From a virus, in IMG/VR virus record IMGVR_UViG_3300024299_000002: a DNA stretch of 8,454 bases, one strand, 5' to 3'. The position numbers and the translations under genes are program-made. Shown one piece after another: positions 1 to 7,137 of the stretch; within the stretch, counting starts at the first letter, position 1, and each line of letters starts with the position of its first letter. Below the pieces are notes generated by a model. It worked only from the letters and a program-made list of their open reading frames with translations, ran no database searches and was not told the DNA's origin.

Positions 1-65
1 CCGTAGATAAAACTCATAAGTTTAATTCTACTGCACCAATTCAACGCGGTGGACTTAGACTATAA
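1..65 (+). CDS. ORF8: 3' end of the small basic ORF8/J-like DNA-binding protein (5' part lies outside the window)
   Basis: Identical to 4157..4221, the tail of the complete 39-aa ORF. Codon phase begins at nt 3. TAA at 63..65 lies 3 nt before the Rep ATG. Confidence 0.6.
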   Translation, partial: VDKTHKFNSTAPIQRGGLRL

Positions 66-68
66 GTC

Positions 69-1025
69 ATGCCTTGCTATCACCCGCTAAAGGCTTACCG
101 CAGAACAGACTGTAATACTCTATCCTTTAATAAAAATGGACAATACACGAATATTGCAGCACCTCTCTCCCTACCTTGTGGCCAATGCACTGGCTGTAGA
201 CTCGAAAGGTCTAAACAATGGGCAATACGATGCGTACACGAAGCATCTCTCTATGAAAAAAATTGCTTCATCACACTTACCTACAACAACGAAAACCTAC
301 CTAAAGACTTTTCTTTAAATAAACGCGACTTTCAGCTCTTCATGAAACGCCTTAGAAAAGCACACTCTAATAAAACCATAAGATTCTACCATTGCGGAGA
401 ATATGGCGAACCTACAGAATTCAATAACTACGTCGCCAGACCTCACTATCACGCAATAATATTCAATCATGAATTTAAAGACACTACCTTATGGAAAACT
501 AAACGAGGAACAAAATTATATACCTCACCAGAACTAGAACGCCTATGGCCTCAAGGCTTCTCAACTATCGGTACCGTAACCTACGACTCCGCAGGATATG
601 TCGCTAGATACTTACTAAAAAAACTTAACTTATCCGATAAATCTTCACCCGGCGTTAAAGAACGCCATCAAAAACAATACACACACGTAGACCGTAAAAC
701 CGGGGAAGCATTCCCCCTCTTACCAGAATACACAACTATGTCTAGAAAACCCGGCATCGCCCGTGCATGGTTCGAAAAATGGGGAAAAGACGTCTTTCCA
801 AACGACTCTGTCGTAATGCAAGGAAAAGAACGCACCGTCCCCAAATTCTATGATACAATCTATCAAAACAACGAACCTGAAAAATTCGATATAATAAAAC
901 AAAAGAGGGTCAAAAATATGCAAAAACACGCTAAAGATAATACCCCCGATCGCCTCGCAAGCAAAGAGATCGTAAAAACTGCGCAGATAGGAAAACTGTA
1001 TCGTGAATACGAACAATCTAATTAA
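69..1025 (+). CDS. VP4: VP4 replication initiation protein (HUH rolling-circle endonuclease), 318 aa
   Basis: N-terminus MPCYHPLKAY is typical of gokushovirus VP4. It has FITLTY (motif 1), HYH at nt 444..452 (motif 2), and YVARY with two Tyr spaced as in phiX174 protein A (motif 3). There is also a CGQCTGC Cys cluster. Confidence 0.95.
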   Translation: MPCYHPLKAYRRTDCNTLSFNKNGQYTNIAAPLSLPCGQCTGCRLERSKQWAIRCVHEASLYEKNCFITLTYNNENLPKDFSLNKRDFQLFMKRLRKAHSNKTIRFYHCGEYGEPTEFNNYVARPHYHAIIFNHEFKDTTLWKTKRGTKLYTSPELERLWPQGFSTIGTVTYDSAGYVARYLLKKLNLSDKSSPGVKERHQKQYTHVDRKTGEAFPLLPEYTTMSRKPGIARAWFEKWGKDVFPNDSVVMQGKERTVPKFYDTIYQNNEPEKFDIIKQKRVKNMQKHAKDNTPDRLASKEIVKTAQIGKLYREYEQSN

Positions 1026-1053
1026 TTACTTAAAACTATCTCAAAGGAAAATT

Positions 1054-1311
1054 ATGAAACTTAATATCTATTCAATGTATGACCAAGCGGCACAAGCTTA
1101 TTTACCTCCCGTTTATTTAGAAAACGACAACGTCGCAAAACGGGCAATACAAAACGCTGTCAATACTCAAGATCATCAATTCAACCAAAATCCGGCAGAC
1201 TATACCCTATTTCACTTAGGTGAATGGGACGACTGCACGGCTACTATAACAATGCTAAAAACCCCCAATGTTCTTGCTAAATGCAATGAACTACTAACAA
1301 TTACGGAGTAA
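1054..1311 (+). CDS. VP5: VP5-like small non-structural protein (ssDNA synthesis/packaging role in gokushoviruses), 85 aa
   Basis: It sits between VP4 and VP1, as VP5 does in gokushoviruses. I chose the ATG at 1054 because AAAGGA lies 6-9 nt upstream. The track start at 1003 would overlap the Rep 3' end and has no RBS. Confidence 0.7.
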   Translation: MKLNIYSMYDQAAQAYLPPVYLENDNVAKRAIQNAVNTQDHQFNQNPADYTLFHLGEWDDCTATITMLKTPNVLAKCNELLTITE

Positions 1312-1315
1312 TACT

Positions 1316-2881
1316 ATGAAGTCAGTCATGTCACACAAGTTCAGCGAAATTCCAAAAGCTGATATCCAACGCTCAAAATTCGACCGTTCACACGGCTTAA
1401 AAACTACATTTGATGCGGGAAACTTAGTTCCAATGTTCACCGATGAAGTTCTACCTGGTGATACATTTAACTTACGCACGACTGCTTTCGCACGATTAGC
1501 AACACCCCTATTCCCTCTAATGGACAACATGTTCATGGAAACACACTATTTTTTCGTACCCAATAGATTACTTTGGGACAACTTTAAAAAATTCCACGGT
1601 CAACAAGACAACCCCGCAGACTCTATCGACTTCACAGTACCTACTATGACTTCAACTGGTACTGGCTATGCTAATGAATCACTACACGACTACTTCGGAA
1701 TACCAACTCAAGTATCTGGCCTAGAACACATTTCACTATATCACAGAGCATACAACCTAATTTATAATGAATGGTTTCGTGACGAAAACCTTCAAGACTC
1801 TGTAACAGTAGATAAAGATAATGGCCCAGATAATCCAAACGACTACACACTACTAAAACGTGGCAAAAGACACGACTATTTCACATCAGCACTACCATGG
1901 GCGCAAAAAGGCGATTCCGTTAATCTTCCTTTAGGATTAAAAGCGCCTGTCGCTTCTGATAATTCTTCTTATCTTACGGGTAGCACTTATACAGACGGAC
2001 ATGGAATTCTATTACCTAATATTGATACAGCTAATCATGCTTTAGCTGCGAATAGTTATTATACATATGCAAACACGGGTACAACTGCAGACGCAAACAT
2101 GCTATATGCAGACTTATCGTCAGCAACATCTGCAACAATCAACCAACTACGCCAAGCCTTTCAAATACAACGCTTATTAGAGCGCGATGCTCGCTCGGGC
2201 ACAAGATATACAGAAATCATTCGCTCACACTTTGGCGTAACCTCTCCAGACTCAAGACTTCAACGCAGTGAATACCTAGGCGGTGGATCATCAATGGTAG
2301 ATATCTCACCAATTCAGCAAACCTCTGAATCAACTGCCGCATCACCTCAAGGTACACTAACTGCACAAGGAACTGCCAATCTACACAATCATGGCTTCAC
2401 AAAATCCTTTACAGAACACGGAGTCATCATCGGATTAATCTCCGTTCGTGCAGACTTAACATATCAACAAGGACTAAATAGACGCTTCTCGCGTCAAACT
2501 CGCTACGATTACTACTACCCAGTACTAGGTAACATCGGCGAACAAACAATCCTTAATAAGGAAATATGGGCTGATGCATCAGCTAACGACGAACTCGTAT
2601 TCGGCTACCAAGAACGATATGCAGAATATCGCTACGAACCATCAAAAATCACTGGCAAGTTCAGATCAAATGATGCCGCGTCATTAGACGGCTGGCACTT
2701 ATCTCAAGACTTCGCCACTCTACCCGTACTCGGGGATACCTTTATTAAAGAAACTCCTCCAATAGCACGTGTCGTTGCTGTACCAAGCGAACCAGAATTC
2801 ATTCTCGACTGCTATCACCAATTGTCATGTGCTAGACCAATGCCAATTTATGCCGTTCCTGGCATGATGGATCACTTCTAA
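1316..2881 (+). CDS. VP1: VP1 major capsid protein, 521 aa
   Basis: The N-terminus SVMSHKFSEIPKADIQRSKFDRSHGLKTTFDAGNLVPMFTDEVLPGDTF closely resembles Chlamydia phage, SpV4 and phiMH2K VP1 as I recall them. GGAG lies 7 nt upstream of the ATG. Confidence 0.97.
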   Translation: MKSVMSHKFSEIPKADIQRSKFDRSHGLKTTFDAGNLVPMFTDEVLPGDTFNLRTTAFARLATPLFPLMDNMFMETHYFFVPNRLLWDNFKKFHGQQDNPADSIDFTVPTMTSTGTGYANESLHDYFGIPTQVSGLEHISLYHRAYNLIYNEWFRDENLQDSVTVDKDNGPDNPNDYTLLKRGKRHDYFTSALPWAQKGDSVNLPLGLKAPVASDNSSYLTGSTYTDGHGILLPNIDTANHALAANSYYTYANTGTTADANMLYADLSSATSATINQLRQAFQIQRLLERDARSGTRYTEIIRSHFGVTSPDSRLQRSEYLGGGSSMVDISPIQQTSESTAASPQGTLTAQGTANLHNHGFTKSFTEHGVIIGLISVRADLTYQQGLNRRFSRQTRYDYYYPVLGNIGEQTILNKEIWADASANDELVFGYQERYAEYRYEPSKITGKFRSNDAASLDGWHLSQDFATLPVLGDTFIKETPPIARVVAVPSEPEFILDCYHQLSCARPMPIYAVPGMMDHF

Positions 2882-3399
2882 TGAGTCTACTATCATCAAT
2901 AACCGGAGGTCAATGGCTAGGAGCCGCTGCAGGCTTCCTCGGCCAACGCTCCGCTAATAAAGCCAACTCCGCGCAAGCGGCACGCTCGATGGACTTCCAA
3001 CGAGAAATGGCACAAAAAGCACATCAATATGAGGTCGCAGACCTCAAAAAAGCTGGCTTAAATCCCTTACTCTCAGGAACTGGAGGTAAAGGCGCGTCCG
3101 CATCTGGCGGCGCACAAGCCAAAATAGAAAACGAAGTAAACTCAGCTATGACTACTAAACTTCTACAAGCACAAATCAATAAACTCAACGAGGAAACCGA
3201 GGTACTTAAAGGCGGTGTACCCGCCAAAACAATCGGAACTAAACCACTCGCAGACTTCAAAGAATTTGTCGTAGACAAACGCGATAGCGCTTTTTCAGCT
3301 TATAATCTAAAAAAAGAAAAAGAAAGAAATACAATACTTCACCCACCACGTAAAGACGGCTTAACCCGTCGCTCATATAAACCAGGCTACGGCCGCTAA
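2881..3399 (+). CDS. VP2: VP2 minor capsid / DNA pilot protein, 172 aa
   Basis: The ATG overlaps the VP1 stop (TAATG), which suggests translational coupling. The position after VP1 fits VP2. It has a Gly/Ala-rich core LLSGTGGKGASASGGAQAK and a following coiled segment. Confidence 0.8.
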   Translation: MSLLSSITGGQWLGAAAGFLGQRSANKANSAQAARSMDFQREMAQKAHQYEVADLKKAGLNPLLSGTGGKGASASGGAQAKIENEVNSAMTTKLLQAQINKLNEETEVLKGGVPAKTIGTKPLADFKEFVVDKRDSAFSAYNLKKEKERNTILHPPRKDGLTRRSYKPGYGR

Positions 3400-3411
3400 G
3401 GAGAATAAAAA

Positions 3412-3891
3412 ATGAAACGAACAAACGGAACAAAACGATATCAAATCAAATTCGACCAAGACGACGGCCGAACTCAACAACATCAAAAAGATGAATGTGA
3501 TATCAATCTCATCATCAAACGCCATACTCCAGAGCAAATTGCTCTAATGGCTACACAAAACGAAGGCCAATATGGCGACGCAACTTCCGTCGACTATCAT
3601 GCCGCACAAAACATTATCGCAAACGCGAATACAATGTTTAATGATCTTCCATCGGAAATCAGAAATCAATTCGACAATGATCCTGCTACCTTCTTAGACT
3701 TCACATCTAATGAAGAAAACTACGCAGAAATGCGCAAAATGGGCATCATGTCACCAGAAGTAAATACTACTTCTTCTGAATCAATTGTGAGCGAAGCGAA
3801 CCCGCCGAAGGCGAATAGCGCAAGCGGAAATGCTCCGCAGGAACCATCGGTAGATCGCGTCGAAGACGCGCCTAAAACAGTTACCACTTGA
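3412..3891 (+). CDS. VP3: VP3 internal scaffolding protein, 159 aa
   Basis: AAGGAG RBS lies upstream and the gene follows VP2. The N-terminal 113 aa are conserved between units. The stop TGA (3889..3891) lies inside the loop of the downstream stem-loop. Confidence 0.85.
   Translation: MKRTNGTKRYQIKFDQDDGRTQQHQKDECDINLIIKRHTPEQIALMATQNEGQYGDATSVDYHAAQNIIANANTMFNDLPSEIRNQFDNDPATFLDFTSNEENYAEMRKMGIMSPEVNTTSSESIVSEANPPKANSASGNAPQEPSVDRVEDAPKTVTT
3856..3870 (+). other. GC-rich hairpin CGCGTC-GAA-GACGCG, inside the VP3 coding tail in unit A
   Basis: Perfect 6-bp inverted repeat read directly from the sequence. It is positionally equivalent to the hairpin at 8126..8142 in unit B, but the stem sequence differs. 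Confidence 0.6.
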
Positions 3892-3900
3892 TGTAACTGT
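3877..3900 (+). promoter_or_regulatory. Candidate (+)-strand origin: 8-bp stem ACAGTTAC/GTAACTGT with loop CACTTGAT
   Basis: Perfect 8-bp inverted repeat. The loop contains ACTTGAT, identical to the core of the phiX174 gene-A cleavage site (CAACTTG^ATATT). It is identical in unit B. Confidence 0.5.
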
Positions 3901-3931
3901 ATGGAGTGACACCGTATAGGTGGAACTCCAT
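3901..3931 (+). other. Compound hairpin ATGGAGT-GA-CACC-GTATA-GGTG-GA-ACTCCAT
   Basis: A 7-bp outer stem and a 4-bp inner stem are separated by symmetric GA/GA internal mismatches. It directly abuts the ori-like hairpin, is followed by an A-rich tract, and is identical in unit B. Confidence 0.55.
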
Positions 3932-3962
3932 TAAAAAAAACTAAAAAAGGAACAAAAAAATA

Positions 3963-4076
3963 ATGCAATACTTACTAATAAAAATACTACTAGGAATGCT
4001 AAAAACAACCCTAATTCCTTTACTAACTAAATTTCTTGAAAAGAAATTAAAACAACTTGACATCGACAAGCTATAA
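3963..4076 (+). CDS. Hypothetical 37-aa hydrophobic/amphipathic cationic peptide MQYLLIKILLGMLKTTLIPLLTKFLEKKLKQLDIDKL
   Basis: The ORF is not in the supplied track (too short). It is intact in both units, with AAGGA about 11 nt upstream. Three nt differences in 114 nt give 2 synonymous changes and 1 Leu->Ile. The A-rich spacer just upstream differs at 6 or more of 34 positions. Confidence 0.35.
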   Translation: MQYLLIKILLGMLKTTLIPLLTKFLEKKLKQLDIDKL

Positions 4077-4077
4077 T
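4049..4077 (+). promoter_or_regulatory. Possible promoter for ORF8-VP4: perfect -10 TATAAT (4072..4077) with weak -35 AAAACA at 17-bp spacing
   Basis: TATAAT is conserved in unit B (8343..8348). The upstream region is A/T-rich. The host is unknown, so the sigma-70 model may not apply. Confidence 0.2.
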
Positions 4078-4101
4078 CAAATAAACCAACGGAGAAATAC
4101 C

Positions 4102-4221
4102 ATGAAACGTAGAACAAAACTATCTAAATCAAAATCTCGTAAATACTTCAAAAAAACCGTAGATAAAACTCATAAGTTTAATTCTACTGCACCAATTCAA
4201 CGCGGTGGACTTAGACTATAA
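4102..4221 (+). CDS. ORF8: ORF8/J-like small basic DNA-binding (packaging) protein, 39 aa: MKRRTKLSKSKSRKYFKKTVDKTHKFNSTAPIQRGGLRL
   Basis: 14 of 39 residues are Lys or Arg. GGAG RBS lies 8-11 nt upstream. It sits immediately upstream of VP4, as ORF8 does in Chlamydia-phage-type genomes. It is not in the supplied track (too short). Confidence 0.7.
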   Translation: MKRRTKLSKSKSRKYFKKTVDKTHKFNSTAPIQRGGLRL

Positions 4222-4224
4222 GTC

Positions 4225-5238
4225 ATGCCTTGCTATCACCCGCTAAAGGCTTACCGCAGAACAGACTGTAATACTCTATCCTTCAACAAAAATGGACAAT
4301 ACACGAATATTGCAGCACCTCTCTCCTTACCTTGTGGCCAATGCACTGGCTGTAGACTCGAAAGGTCTAAACAATGGGCAATACGATGCGTACACGAAGC
4401 ATCTCTCTATGAAAATAATTGCTTCATCACACTTACCTACAACAACGAAAACTTACCTAAAGACTTTTCTCTAAATAAACGCGACTTTCAACTCTTTATG
4501 AAACGCTTAAGGAAAAAATACGTCCCTACAAATCCATACGATAAAAAAACACAAGAAGATCAATATAATCAATTTCATAAAAAACATGAAATACGCTTCT
4601 ATCATTGCGGCGAATATGGCGAACCAACAGAATTTAACAATTACGTCGCCAGACCTCATTATCACGCAATAATATTCAATCACAAATTCAAAGATGAAAC
4701 TCTATGGAAAACTAAAAGAGGGACAAAACTATTCACATCAGCAGAACTCGAAGAGCTTTGGCCAAAAGGCTTCTCAACAATCGGAACTGTAACGTACGAC
4801 TCCGCAGGATATGTCGCACGCTACCTATTAAAAAAACTTAACTTATCCGATAAATCCTCACCTGGCGTAAAAGAACGCCATCAAAAACAATACACACATA
4901 TAGACCATCAAACTGGGGAAACATTCCCCCTCTTACCAGAATACACAACTATGTCTAGAAAACCCGGCATTGCCCGTGCATGGTTCGAAAAATGGGGAAA
5001 CGACGTCTTTCCAAACGACTCTGTCGTAATGCAAGGAAAAGAACGTACCGTCCCTAAATTCTATGATACAATCTATCAAAACAACGAACCTGAAAAATTC
5101 GATATAATAAAACAAAAGAGGGTCAAAAATATGCAAAAACACGCTAAAGACAATACCCCCGATCGGCTCGCAAGCAAAGAGATCGTAAAAACTGCGCAGA
5201 TAGGAAAACTGTATCGTGAATACGAACAATCTAATTAA
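4225..5238 (+). CDS. VP4: VP4 replication initiation protein (HUH Rep), 337 aa, with a 19-aa net insertion relative to unit A
   Basis: Same motifs as unit A (FITLTY, HYH, YVARY). The extra segment KYVPTNPYDKKTQEDQYNQFHKKHE lies between motif 1 and HUH. Confidence 0.95.
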   Translation: MPCYHPLKAYRRTDCNTLSFNKNGQYTNIAAPLSLPCGQCTGCRLERSKQWAIRCVHEASLYENNCFITLTYNNENLPKDFSLNKRDFQLFMKRLRKKYVPTNPYDKKTQEDQYNQFHKKHEIRFYHCGEYGEPTEFNNYVARPHYHAIIFNHKFKDETLWKTKRGTKLFTSAELEELWPKGFSTIGTVTYDSAGYVARYLLKKLNLSDKSSPGVKERHQKQYTHIDHQTGETFPLLPEYTTMSRKPGIARAWFEKWGNDVFPNDSVVMQGKERTVPKFYDTIYQNNEPEKFDIIKQKRVKNMQKHAKDNTPDRLASKEIVKTAQIGKLYREYEQSN

Positions 5239-5269
5239 TTACTTAAAACTATCTCAAAGGAAAAACAAT

Positions 5270-5527
5270 ATGAAACTTAATATCTATTCAATGTATGACC
5301 AAGCGGCACAAGCCTACTTACCACCCGTATACTTAGAAAACGACAACGTCGCAAAACGGGCAATACAAAACGCTGTCAATACTCAAGATCATCAATTCAA
5401 CCAAAACCCGGCAGACTACACCCTATTTCACCTTGGTGAATGGGACGACTGCACGGCTACTATAACAATGCTTAAAACACCTAACGTTCTTGCGAAATGC
5501 AATGAACTACTAACAATTACGGAGTAA
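5270..5527 (+). CDS. VP5: VP5-like protein, 85 aa
   Basis: The amino-acid sequence is identical to unit A from MKLNIYSMYDQ onward. The 3-nt indel lies upstream of this ATG, which supports the internal start. Confidence 0.7.
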   Translation: MKLNIYSMYDQAAQAYLPPVYLENDNVAKRAIQNAVNTQDHQFNQNPADYTLFHLGEWDDCTATITMLKTPNVLAKCNELLTITE

Positions 5528-5532
5528 TTACT

Positions 5533-7137
5533 ATGAAGTCAGTCATGTCACACAAGTTCAGCGAAATTCCAAAAGCTGATATCCAACGCTCAAAATTCGA
5601 CCGTTCACACGGTTTAAAAACTACATTTGACGCGGGAAACCTAGTACCAATGTTCACCGACGAAGTATTACCTGGTGATACATTTAACTTACGCACGACT
5701 GCCTTCGCACGACTAGCAACACCCTTATTCCCTTTAATGGACAATATGTTCATGCAAACTCACTATTTTTTCGTACCCAATAGACTACTTTGGGACAACT
5801 TTAAAAAATTTCACGGTCAACAAGACAACCCAGACGACTCTATTGACTTCACAGTTCCTATCATGACGTCAACTGCTTCAACTGGTTATGCTAATGAATC
5901 ATTACATGATTACTTAGGAATACCAACACAAGTCGCGGACTTAGATCACATCTCACTATATCACAGAGCTTACAACTTAATTTACAATGAATGGTTTCGT
6001 GACGAAAACCTACAAGACTCTGTTGTCGTAGACAAAGATAATGGCCCCGACTCACCAACAGACTATGTACTATTAAAACGTGGCAAAAGACACGACTACT
6101 TTACATCAGCACTACCATGGGCACAAAAAGGCGATTCAGTTGGCTTACCTTTAGGTGTTACTGCACCCGTTTACGGTGACGGAAAAAATTTAGGCTTAAC
6201 TGATGGAGTAACTAATTTTGGTCTAACCTCTGTAGGCACTAAAGAATTTCGCGGTATTACCGGAAATTATGGCGGCAATATTGGTACAACTCCAAATACT
6301 GGTACTTGGAATCCAGCAGATACCTCTTTCGGTGTTGTTGAAACTGGAACCTCTGGATTAGTCGCAGACTTAACAACAGCAACTGCCTCAACAATCAATC
6401 AACTACGCCAAGCTTTTCAAATACAACGCTTACTAGAGCGTGACGCTCGAAGCGGAACAAGATACACAGAAATCATTCGCTCACACTTTGGCGTAACTTC
6501 ACCAGACTCAAGACTCCAACGCTCAGAATATCTAGGCGGTGGATCATCAATGGTAGACATCTCACCAATTCAGCAAACTTCTGAATCAACTGCCGCATCA
6601 CCTCAAGGTACACTAACTGCACAAGGAACAGCCAATTTACATAATCATGGCTTTACTAAATCCTTTACAGAACACGGAGTTATTATCGGACTAATCTCCG
6701 TTCGTGCAGACTTAACTTACCAACAAGGACTAAACAGACGCTTCTCGCGTCAAACTCGCTACGATTATTATTACCCTGTACTAGGGAACATCGGCGAACA
6801 AACAATCCTAAATAAGGAAATATGGGCTGACGCATCAGCTAACGACGAACTCGTATTCGGCTACCAAGAACGATATGCAGAATATCGCTACGAACCATCA
6901 AAAATCACTGGCAAGTTCAGATCCAATGATGCCGCGTCATTAGACGGCTGGCACTTATCTCAAGACTTCGCCACACTACCCGTACTCGGGGATACCTTTA
7001 TCAAAGAAACACCACCAATAGCACGTGTCGTCGCTGTACCAAGCGAACCAGAATTCATTCTCGACTGCTATCACCAATTGTCATGTGCTAGACCAATGCC
7101 AATCTATGCCGTACCTGGCATGATGGATCACTTCTAA
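5533..7137 (+). CDS. VP1: VP1 major capsid protein, 534 aa
   Basis: Collinear with unit A VP1. The C-terminal ~245 aa are identical in amino-acid sequence. The central loop cannot be aligned with unit A. Confidence 0.97.
   Translation: MKSVMSHKFSEIPKADIQRSKFDRSHGLKTTFDAGNLVPMFTDEVLPGDTFNLRTTAFARLATPLFPLMDNMFMQTHYFFVPNRLLWDNFKKFHGQQDNPDDSIDFTVPIMTSTASTGYANESLHDYLGIPTQVADLDHISLYHRAYNLIYNEWFRDENLQDSVVVDKDNGPDSPTDYVLLKRGKRHDYFTSALPWAQKGDSVGLPLGVTAPVYGDGKNLGLTDGVTNFGLTSVGTKEFRGITGNYGGNIGTTPNTGTWNPADTSFGVVETGTSGLVADLTTATASTINQLRQAFQIQRLLERDARSGTRYTEIIRSHFGVTSPDSRLQRSEYLGGGSSMVDISPIQQTSESTAASPQGTLTAQGTANLHNHGFTKSFTEHGVIIGLISVRADLTYQQGLNRRFSRQTRYDYYYPVLGNIGEQTILNKEIWADASANDELVFGYQERYAEYRYEPSKITGKFRSNDAASLDGWHLSQDFATLPVLGDTFIKETPPIARVVAVPSEPEFILDCYHQLSCARPMPIYAVPGMMDHF

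Larger units (their letters stand above)
1..4156 (+). mobile_element. Gokushovirinae-like microvirus genome, unit A (complete circular permutation, 4156 nt)
   Basis: Has the full gokushovirus gene set (VP4, VP5, VP1, VP2, VP3, ORF8-like) on one strand. nt 1..~127 recur essentially identically from 4157, which fixes the unit length. Confidence 0.9.

Noticed and set aside
8-38. A possible XerCD dif-like site, ...AAACTCATAA-GTTTAA-TTCTACTGCACC, compared with the reverse complement of E. coli dif (ATTTAACATAA-TATACA-TTATGCGCACC). It sits right where the window starts and ends.
   Set aside because: Only the CATAA and the terminal GCACC-like bases match, the arms otherwise disagree, and a 1-nt gap is needed. 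It lies inside the ORF8 coding sequence and the host is unknown. This is too weak to call. It should be re-examined once the host's own dif sequence is known.
136-318. A 60-aa ORF in the +1 frame embedded in Rep, intact in both units (136..318 and 4292..4474). Overlapping genes are a hallmark of phiX174-type microviruses.
   Set aside because: There is no RBS (preceded by tttaataaaa). Only 4 substitutions fall inside it. Three are CTA/TTA Leu changes that are automatically silent in both frames, and that change is common throughout the genome. The fourth alters both proteins. The evidence cannot separate a real gene from a chance open frame in A-rich, stop-poor sequence. Ribosome profiling would settle it.
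720-1016. Minus-strand ORFs in the track: 720..1016, 1294..1536, 3024..3278, 3720..3968, 4933..5229, 5517..5753 and 7589..7789.
   Set aside because: Each lies antisense to a well-supported, conserved + strand gene and has no recognisable RBS. The translations are low-complexity or shadow-like. Microviridae transcribe a single strand.
1003-1053. The upstream ATG given in the track for VP5 (1003 in unit A, 5216 in unit B), which adds MNTNNLINYLKLSQRK(I/NN).
   Set aside because: It would overlap the Rep 3' end and has no RBS. The 3-nt indel between the units falls in this extension. The internal ATG (1054 / 5270) has AAAGGA upstream and gives a protein of the size I recall for VP5 (~85 aa).
3932-3962. 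The A-rich tract after the compound hairpin (taaaaaaaactaaaaaaggaacaaaaaaataatg), read on the minus strand as a hairpin plus T-run terminator.
   Set aside because: There are no minus-strand genes to terminate. It is more simply an AT-rich spacer or UP-like region, and it is the least conserved stretch of the intergenic region.
4057-4077. Perfect sigma-70 consensus hexamers TTGACA (4057..4062) and TATAAT (4072..4077), conserved in unit B (8328..8333 and 8343..8348).
   Set aside because: The spacer is only 9 bp and a canonical promoter needs about 17 bp, so the pair cannot act together. I kept only the -10 element with a weak -35 at proper spacing, as a low-confidence feature.
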